Of a stretch of 64,000 bases of DNA, positions 40,092 to 64,000 are shown piece after piece; the first letter of the stretch is position 1, and every line of letters begins with the position of its first letter. Origin of the DNA: Salpingoeca rosetta (Eukaryota > Protista > Choanoflagellata); assembly GCA_033442325.1 (NCBI GenBank), contig JAWQFM010000001.1:666410-730409 (forward strand). Reading direction: 5' to 3'. The translations under genes and the position numbers were made by a program. The notes below the pieces were generated by a model. That model was not told the DNA's origin. It did not search any database and saw only the letters and a list, made by a program, of their open reading frames with translations.

Positions 40092-40992
40092 AGAAGTGAG
40101 CTCTGCTCTGCTTGGAAGTGAACGTTAGCGCGGCAAGTGTACGGAATACTTTGAATACTGTCCCCGCACTCGCGCAGTCCTTCAACCTGTAGAACCTGTT
40201 CAGCCCTCTCAGCGGTTGAGACAGCGTATGCTTCTATGCTTATGAACGCGTGCAGCGTAATGTTGGGATGTCCCCCTTCAGCCCTTCTTTGTTTATTTTT
40301 TTTTTGTTCTGTCTGCCTATCCTACAGCCGCACAGCGCTTGTCTGGTCTGCCAGCCTTTCTATGAGCGTTGGCCCGAGTCCGTTCACCTCCCGTTGCCTA
40401 CCCTTGTTTTCCCCCTTAACCGACGACGCGTGAGCGTGTGTGTTGCTGCATTTGCTCATTGCTGTGCTGTTGTTCTCTTTCACTCTCTCTCGCTTTCGTT
40501 TTCGTTTCACATAAAACCTGCATCCTGTGCATCAAAGGCAATCGCGCACGGCTCTTCCCCCACCCTTGACTGGGCAAGGACACACTGTGCAGTGAGTGGA
40601 AAACTGGGGTGGGCGCGTCTGTCGTGCGCGCTGCGCGTTGCGCGCACGTGAAGGCGAACGCCTGCGTTGGGAACTTCATGCGTGCTTGCGTGCGCTCACT
40701 CGAGTGCTGTGGAAGCGCAAAAAGGCAGCACAGCAAAAGTTGAGGAAGGACTTCTCGTTGCTCACGCTGCCAAAAGCGAGGATTTTTGCGCGGCGATGAA
40801 CGCATGAACCTGCTCCCACGACCAACACCACCAACCAACGCACTCCAAACAAACAAGGAGGAGGAGGAGACGACAATTGTCAACCGCCAACCTTCTTCCC
40901 TCCCTGCCTGCCTCTTCATTATCCGCGCATTGATCCAGAGAGGCACCTCACAGCAACTGCAGAACAGCAGCATATCAGCAGCAGCAGCAGCC

Positions 40993-46851
<5,859 letters not shown>

Positions 46852-47419
46852 ATGCAAGATGGACAACAGTACCCGTCAGACACGTCACGTTTTGTGCTGT
46901 TGATTGCGGTTTTCTTAAGTGCATCAGTAGCAGTGTCCTGGTTTTGCCTGCTTTGGTTGTCTTCTCTCGCTTCGTTTGCACGCCCTGCCCTCCTTACCAT
47001 GTAGCATTTGCTTGCTTGCTGCGATGTTGTGCTGTACAAGTGCTCATGCTGGTTCATTCCGTGCTACTGGTTCATTATTGGAGTCGAATACTTAAAGCAC
47101 ATGAAGCAAACAAATGTTGGACATGGAGGCTGCTCGTGATGAAGCATGCACACAATGTGAAAGTGCTGTGTCCTTCATTCAAGGACATAAGCACACACAC
47201 ACACATACACGAACGGTCAGGAACACGACCACAGTCGTACACACACACACACACATACACATGCACACACATGCACACACAATCACACACGCGGAAACAC
47301 ACACACATGCACACACATGCACACACAATCACACACGCGGAAACACACACACACACACAATCATACACAATCACACACGCGGAAACACAGCCACAGTTTG
47401 TTCACACAGAACGCAACGC

Positions 47420-48171
47420 TCACTGTGACGTTGACTCTTGCTCTTCAGAAACAGTGGCTTGAGGCGGTTGAGTGCGATTGTTTGTATAGTGGAGCCAATG
47501 CAAGAGCTGCTGGTTCTCCACGTAGCCGGCATACTCTGCCGTTGCGAGCTCTTTCCTAAATGTGGGTTTCTGCAACAGCTCCAAGAAATACAGGCACTGT
47601 GGATATCTGTTGCGGCACGCGCATGGCAGCGAAGTAAGCTCAACGACACTGCCAACATCACATGCATGGAGTGGGGCACGCAAGGAAAACAAGTGGGATG
47701 GACGCACACAAGATCACAGCGTCAACTCACTTGAGGTACTGGGCGTACTGTGGCTGTTTCCAGTACAGCAGATACTTGAGGTAGTTGATGAGCCGCGTGT
47801 CCTCGAGGAACTCACGCTGCGCCAAGACTGCGAGTGTACGCGAGACAGAAGAAAGTGAGAAACATAAGCGACACAACACAGAAAGAGATGACACAAACAC
47901 GACACAATACACACACATAGAGGCAAACGCAATACACAAAAACGGCACAATACACACACGCACACAAACACAACACACACGCAAACACAATACACACACA
48001 TACAAGCTCACATGAGAGGTATCTAGGGTTTGCCAGCGCCTGTACAAACTCCAGCTCTGCGTGAAACCTTCGCTCTTCCTCGCTCATGCGGTCATAGCTC
48101 GGCGCATCTTGTTGTTGCTGCTGCTGCTGCTGTTGCTGTTGCTGCTGTTGCTGCTGTTGGTCTGTGTCCAT
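47420..48171 (-). CDS. MED31: Mediator subunit 31 (Soh1)
   Basis: Three exons: RFHAELEFVQALANPRYLSFLAQ..FLEDTRLINYLKYLLYWKQPQYAQYLKYPQCLYFLELLQKPTFR. PolyQ N-terminus. Confidence 0.95.
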
Positions 48172-48277
48172 CGTCGCGCATCCACCCTCAAGTTGGGAAA
48201 ATTGACCATTGCACCAGCAGATATTCTAGCCAAATTCAACGCAGGGCAACCAACCACCACAACAACGAACAACAACG

Positions 48278-52380
<4,103 letters not shown>

Positions 52381-52424
52381 CGCAGCGGCCATGGTCGCAA
52401 TGGTGTATAAGTGTGTTTGTGTGA

Positions 52425-52482
<58 letters not shown>

Positions 52483-53071
52483 GCATGTGTGAGAGAGTGC
52501 GTGTGAGTGTGTATGTGTGTGTGAGCGGTTAATAAGCGAGAAAGAGTGAGAGTTGACAGAAGAGTGAGAGAAAGAGAGAGTGTGTGTGTGCAGTGGGCAT
52601 GGCAAGCACCCGTTGTCATGCATCTTGACAAAGTGTGCATACTTCTTTCCTTTTTCTATGCTTTGTTGTACATTGCAGTCAATGTTTGTTCAAAGTTAGG
52701 ATGCGAGAGTGTGCGTGTGAGTGGGTGCAAGGCTGTGTTTTTGTTTCCCCATTTCATGCCACATGCGTCGTTTCAATTGCATCACCCAGTTGTTCAATTT
52801 CAGTTCGCGTTAAGGCCACTTGTAGACACATTAGACGACAGACACAAGTCAGAAGAAGCACGCCAGCACGTGTGACGTGGGCAAGGCACGGGGGATGAGC
52901 GACCAAACCAAACAGAACCCAAAGAGCACTCCAAAAGTCAAACACAAGCGACGCAACGACCCAACACGGTACAACACCACGACCCAACAATGCAACACAG
53001 CAAGACATCACAACAATCCACACACAGCACATGGTAAGCCACCACCACCGCAGCAGCAACAACGGTGCGCT

Positions 53072-55282
53072 TCATGACATTTCAATGGACATGCTTTGCG
53101 GGTATTCGATGACATATTCGAGGTTGAGCTCCTCCTTCTTGCGGCTCTCCAGATAACACGTCCAGATGAGGTTGTTCGTGTACTTGTTGCGCACCACACT
53201 TGGCGCGCCCTTGGTTGCTGCGCTCACGGCTTCCGTGAGACCGCCACCGCACATCGTGTCGTCGACCTGCTGCCTATCGTCCTCCTCCACCTCGTCGGGA
53301 CTTGGCTGCACCAGCTTCACCTTGATGTTGTTGTGCTGCGACGTGGGCAGGGTGTCGGCGACCACCACCACCTGCGGCCGCGGGTTGAGGTTCTCGATGA
53401 TGCACGCCGCCTTCATCTCTTGCTTGCGGGTGGTTCCGTAGAACAGGCCTCGCACAACCGCGTCTGTCTGCGGCGCGGGCTTGTATGTCACGCGCACACC
53501 AGAGTCCACCCCGAGGAAGGCAGAGAACGACTCGCCGGGCACGACCAGTTTGAGCTTGGTGGTGGTGACGAGGTTGGAGTTGACAAACACGTTGACTGCA
53601 TCAGAGGGAAGGAACGGGTAGGCGCTGTTGTTGGTGCAGTACGCCTGCAGGTACGCGCTCTCGGACAGGCGCGGCACGCAGTAGTAGCGCATGCGCGACT
53701 TGAGGTTGATGATGGCCAGCGTAACACGCTGGCTCTTGTTCGTGTTGGTCACAGTCGTGCGGCCGGCAATGGTGAAGGTCGTGGCCAGGCTGGTGGACGC
53801 CTGCGACACACTCGCTGTTGCCACAGGCGCTGGTGACGGCGGGGCAGCGGCAGAGCGACGGCGGCCACCAACTTTCCTCCGCATGGCGGACGCCATCCCA
53901 CCCACAGCAGAGGGTGCGGCGCTCTCAGCTTCAGCCAGCGAGTAGTTGGCGCTGAATGTATCGCGATACACGCTGCTGTGACGCGGTGGTGCTCGGTACT
54001 CGTGCACGTTGACGGACTTGAGTGTTGGCGGATGGCCACCCACAGCAGGCTTTGCCGTGGACAGGGTGAGGTGCACGTTGCTCCACACCTCGTCTGTGTT
54101 CTGCATGACCTTGCCGTGGTAGTGGAGCTCAATGTCGTTGGTGGCGAGGTTGGCCCGCAGGTCGTAGCACGGCTGCCACTCTGCACCAGACACCACATAC
54201 GACAGGATCAGCTTGGGCTGCTGCTGCTCTTCTTCTTCCTCCTTCTCTTCCTCATCATCATCATCATCGTCATCTTCCTGCATTGTGAGGCAGTGCTTAT
54301 CACCATCATCGCCGTCATCGCCTGGGAGGATGACCACAGTGGCGTCGCGGCGGGCGGCAAGCGGGCGGGTTGTCAGGCCATCCACCACAGCCTTGGCTTC
54401 GTCGTGCTTGCGCTGCCACTCCGCCACCGCCTTGTCGTGCTCTGCCTGCAGGCGGTCGCGTTCGTCCTTGAGCTCCTTGAGCGCGGCCTCTGCCTCCAGC
54501 ACGTCCTTCTTCACGGTGGTGGTGCGGGTGACAAGGGCGCTGGCGCGCTCCTGCCACGTGTCAACAACGCCAAACGCGCTGTCAGGCAGCATGAGCTGCG
54601 AAATGGCCTCGCTGCCGTCCGCGTGCGCCAGCTTGCCCGACACCACGCATGCGGCGTAGCTGGACATGAAGTGCCGCGAATCTGCCAAGACTTGTTGCTG
54701 CTGCTGCAGCTCCTCCAGCTTGAGCTCGGCTTCGGTGATGCGCTCCTGCCGGGCGGCCTGCTCGCTCTGCGTCTCCGAGTGCAGGGGCTTGGGTGTGTTG
54801 ACGACCCCGGTTGCCTCCTCCAGCTTGCGCTCTTCTTCCTCGGAGAGCTTTGTCTGGGCCGGCGTGTGAAAGCTGGCCATGGACACGATGGTGAAGTTGC
54901 CGACGCCGCGGACGCGGATAGACGCCTCGTTGCCAATCTTGGCGGAGAGCCCGCGCAGGTGAAAGAGGTGGCGCACGTTTTTCTCGCGTGTGCCATCGCT
55001 GGCGGTGAGTGGCGCTCCGAAACTGAGCGGGATCTCGCGGGTGACCTCTGCGCGATCCTGGAACACAGTCACGTGCGTGATCTTGCTGCCACTGGCGAGG
55101 TCCACCTCGTGCTCCAGCTCCACGACGTTGGCATCCCCGCCAGCCTCCTGCTGCTGCTGCTGCTGCTGGTCCATGTTGATCTGGGTGGCGCCGTTCTCGT
55201 CTTCAAATTCTCCGTCGGTGTCTTCGTCAGAGGACTTGTCGCTCACACGACGCTTGCGATGCTTGCTGCTGGTGTCGGCCAT
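53072..55282 (-). CDS. DUF4140 + coiled coil + DUF4139 protein (MuiA / F37C4.5-like), intronless, 736 aa
   Basis: SKITHVTVFQDRAEVTR..SIRVRG (DUF4140), a long coiled coil, then LSYVVSGAEWQPCYDLR..VMQNTDEVWSNVHLTLSTAKP and YYCVPRLSESAYL..LGVDSGVRV (DUF4139). Confidence 0.85.
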   Translation of the reverse strand: MADTSSKHRKRRVSDKSSDEDTDGEFEDENGATQINMDQQQQQQQEAGGDANVVELEHEVDLASGSKITHVTVFQDRAEVTREIPLSFGAPLTASDGTREKNVRHLFHLRGLSAKIGNEASIRVRGVGNFTIVSMASFHTPAQTKLSEEEERKLEEATGVVNTPKPLHSETQSEQAARQERITEAELKLEELQQQQQVLADSRHFMSSYAACVVSGKLAHADGSEAISQLMLPDSAFGVVDTWQERASALVTRTTTVKKDVLEAEAALKELKDERDRLQAEHDKAVAEWQRKHDEAKAVVDGLTTRPLAARRDATVVILPGDDGDDGDKHCLTMQEDDDDDDDEEEKEEEEEQQQPKLILSYVVSGAEWQPCYDLRANLATNDIELHYHGKVMQNTDEVWSNVHLTLSTAKPAVGGHPPTLKSVNVHEYRAPPRHSSVYRDTFSANYSLAEAESAAPSAVGGMASAMRRKVGGRRRSAAAPPSPAPVATASVSQASTSLATTFTIAGRTTVTNTNKSQRVTLAIINLKSRMRYYCVPRLSESAYLQAYCTNNSAYPFLPSDAVNVFVNSNLVTTTKLKLVVPGESFSAFLGVDSGVRVTYKPAPQTDAVVRGLFYGTTRKQEMKAACIIENLNPRPQVVVVADTLPTSQHNNIKVKLVQPSPDEVEEDDRQQVDDTMCGGGLTEAVSAATKGAPSVVRNKYTNNLIWTCYLESRKKEELNLEYVIEYPQSMSIEMS

Positions 55283-55792
55283 TCTTGCTTCTTTGCCGGG
55301 CTGTGTTGGTGTGGTAGGCCGTGTGGCTGTGCTGGTCTGGTTGGATGGTTGGATGGCTGGTGGTCAAGTAAGTGAAGGAGCAAGGAGAGCGCGTCTTGTC
55401 AAGCAAGCAAGCAAGACCATTGATGACTCAGCAGGAGGGCAAAAATAAACCGAATGCAGATGACTGAATTCAGTTATTACAAAACAAGTTCAACCTTGTT
55501 TAAACGTTTGGCGGGAGAAGAAGAGAAGAGAAGAACAGCAGAGGACAAACCAAGCAGCAAGCAACAAGCGCAAGTGGTGGCAGTGTTGTTCGCGCGCATC
55601 TGTTCACACGAGACAGCGACGACGGCGGCGACGGCAGCAGGCAACAGTGCCCAAGGAAGACGAGAAGACAGGGGTGGTGCAGCGAGCACGCGGCGTTGAC
55701 GTGTGCACGCAAGTGTTTGTTGGCGGCTGGCTCGCTGTGTTGTTGTAGCGTTGTCACATCATCAGCAGAGCAACAGCAGTGGCAGCGCGAGC

Positions 55793-61555
<5,763 letters not shown>

Positions 61556-62000
61556 CGACCCCACTCGCACGTGTGCGCGTGTGTGTGTGTGTGATGCGGT
61601 GTGATTTGGGTTGTGTGCAAGTGGTTGGTTGGTTGGTTAGAAGACCTTTCATTCGTTCAGAAAGTGCACTCGAAATACGTCTGTCAATTCGTGAACAAAG
61701 AAAGACAACAGCGAGCTCATGGCAGCAGTTGAAAGTTGGGATCAATGCACAAAGGAGAGGCTCTAGCAAATGTCAAGGTGTGAGGCAAGGGGGGGGGGGC
61801 GACAACGGTGTTGCCAGCAAACGCAAGGAACGTAACGAGTGGCAGCGATGGACACAAGCGAGCACACATGCATGTGTCCGCATCCACAAACAGACACACA
61901 CAGACACAGACACAAACAGACACAGACACAAACAGACACAGGCACAGACACAGACACAGACACAGACACAGACAGAAACACACAAAGCCGCGAATACGTG

Positions 62001-62403
62001 TCAGTTTGTGAATGACAGCAGGATGTTTGTGGCCATATCAAGGTCATTCTTTGCAATCCTGAGCGCCTTTTCAGACTGGTCCCGCGCAAACCCCATCTCT
62101 GCACAAGGATACAAGCACACACATACACACATGTTAAGACACGGGCACGTGGAAGAGCACAAAGTGGTTCATGGAGGTGTGCGGGATGAAGCACAAGCCA
62201 TCATCAAGTGTCAGAATGCAAGTAAACTCTCCAAGAACACTCCAAGCAACCCGCCAGGAGCAAACGCCACCACCATCAGCGCCACCGCGTGCAGTGGCGT
62301 TGAGGCAACGCACCAACGAGCCGTCGGAGGCGAGACGGGTCCACGACCGGCTCCGTACTGCTCATGCCCTCACTGATGTATGTATGTGTGTGTGTGTGTG
62401 TGT

Positions 62404-62441
<38 letters not shown>

Positions 62442-62722
62442 TTGTGATGGTGGTCGTGTGAGTACAGCGCCGCCAGCGAGTAATTGATGGTGTGCATGTG
62501 TGTGCAGTGGAGACAACGATACTATTGTGATTGGTGGCCACCTTGGTCTACGTGATGCGCCCTGGGATGCAGACACGCGTGGAAGTGGCGGCAATCTCCG
62601 ATTCCTGCCATTGAGAGATGTTGTGAGTGAATGAAGAGTCCATGTTGCATGCGCGTATTATGTGCAATGTGTGCGCGCGCGCGTATTGTGCATTGCGCGC
62701 GCATATTGTGTGCGTATTGTGC

Positions 62723-62790
<68 letters not shown>

Positions 62791-64000
62791 ATACAACCAA
62801 CCTGGACGAGGTTGGGGACAGAGGAGGAGAGATTGGGGGTGGGGGCGCACTTGGACATCCTGATTTTGTTGTGGGCGGGGGGGGGGGGTCGGTATAAAGT
62901 GGATGAGGTGGATGAGGTAAGGGGAGAGGAGCAGTCATGGGAAGCGAGAGGGAAATGGCGAGCAACGGGCCTTGCACGCAAATCCCAAACCCCGCGATGA
63001 ATTGGCCAAACCAAAAACAAAGCAAACCAAAGTCAAACACAAACAAATCAAACCACACAACAAGCGGGAGCAAGACGCACTGTGTGAGGGGTAGAGGTCC
63101 TTGAGAAGGTCCAAATCATCTGCGTTCACACCACCACCATCATCGTCGTCATCATCGTCATCAGCGTGATCGACATCATCGTGACCGTTGTCGTCGTCAT
63201 CAGCGATGGGATCAAACGGGTCCACAACAATGTTCTCAACGCTCAAAACCTGGTGATGGAGGCATACAAGCACGCGTGTGATCATGTACATCAGAATAAA
63301 GAAATCAATTGCAGTTGGATACGCGCACGCACGCACGCACACACACACACACACACGCACACATGCAAATACAGCACACACACACACTCACACACTCACG
63401 CACGCACACACACACACACTCACTCACGCACGCACACACACTCACGCACGCACACACACTCACGCACGCACACACACATAAACACAACACAACACAACTC
63501 GTCCAGGCAAACGGACAGGTTTGCGGCAAAAGGGGCACGGCGGGTCCTTCTTGGATGTCTGCGTCCATTTCTGCAGACAGTCGTTGCACATGAGATGCCC
63601 ACACGGCTCCATGCGCACGCTGACATACACATACATATACGTTGTCACATGTCGTGTGAATGGCGTGAAAAATACACATTCCAGAGGGGGGGGGGAAGCA
63701 TGTCACAGTCCACCATTCCCAACACAATCACACACACACACACACACACCTCTTGAGGTTTGCGTTGCAAATCTTGCACAGCTCGAATGTCGAGTCCATG
63801 TTGCAGTAAATGTCATACTCCTCCTTTGTCACCTGGACAACAGAACACACAAATGCACACACATGTGTGGTGTATTGTGAGGAAGCGTCGTCAAAAAAAA
63901 AACCATTGCACCATGAATCACGTGTCGTATGTATGTGTATGTGTGTGCGTGTGTGTGCAATAGCATGTGGGCGCTTCATGCACAGACCTGGACTCTGTTC
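62001..64000 (-). CDS. CBL: Cbl-family E3 ubiquitin ligase, 3' part (linker helix, RING, Pro-rich, UBA); 5' end beyond the window
   Basis: VQ|VTKEEYDIYCNMDSTFELCKICNANLK|SVRMEPCGHLMCNDC..CPFCRKP|..IVVDPFDP, Pro-rich exons (PSAPPPPISPP, RRLPPLP), and terminal UBA RLVEMGFARDQSEKALRIAKNDLDMATNILLSF*. Confidence 0.93.

Noticed and set aside
47270-47390. Spaced direct repeats TCACACACGCGGAAACAC (also short arrays at 10028-10075, 28890-28930, 33140-33200, 36190-36262, 43370-43500)
   Set aside because: Local minisatellite-like duplications with low-complexity spacers, no cas genes, and a eukaryotic context; not CRISPR.

Overview
Gene-dense, intron-rich eukaryotic DNA whose introns and intergenic spacers are saturated with microsatellites: (CA/GT)n, (CAA/GTT)n, (CT/GA)n and (TCAC)n. 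The gene content and style suggest a choanoflagellate, probably Salpingoeca rosetta-like (inference). Most of the supplied ORF track is microsatellite artefact. Manual splicing at GT..AG sites with phase checks recovers 18 protein-coding genes and one orphan exon. In order: granulin-domain secreted protein (partial, -), WASHC3/CCDC53 (+), a WW-domain protein (-), 25-exon ATP-citrate lyase (-), POLR1D/RPAC2 (+), an orphan guanylate-kinase last exon (+), RNF5/RNF185-like E3 (+), intronless RagC/D (-), intronless frameshifted beta-tubulin (-), TOP3B (-), a divergent MsrB (+), TOM40 (-), an intronless bacterial-type sarcosine/dimethylglycine methyltransferase (+), a CSL/RBPJ transcription factor (+), MED31 (-), CEP131 (+), an intronless DUF4140/DUF4139 protein (-), MRE11 (+, with a 100-N gap) and the 3' part of Cbl (-). 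No rRNA, tRNA, CRISPR or transposase was recognised. The most notable signals are: (1) polarised (GT)n-at-donor / (CA)n-at-acceptor intron architecture with acceptors lacking polypyrimidine tracts; (2) a CSL with micro-exon-encoded acidic-aromatic N-terminus and an apparently degenerate Notch-RAM pocket; (3) a probable horizontally acquired betaine-synthesis enzyme; (4) an orphan guanylate-kinase exon in splice phase with POLR1D; (5) a recurrent CTTAAA-interrupted CAA repeat. Family assignments rest on recalled motifs; no searches were run.
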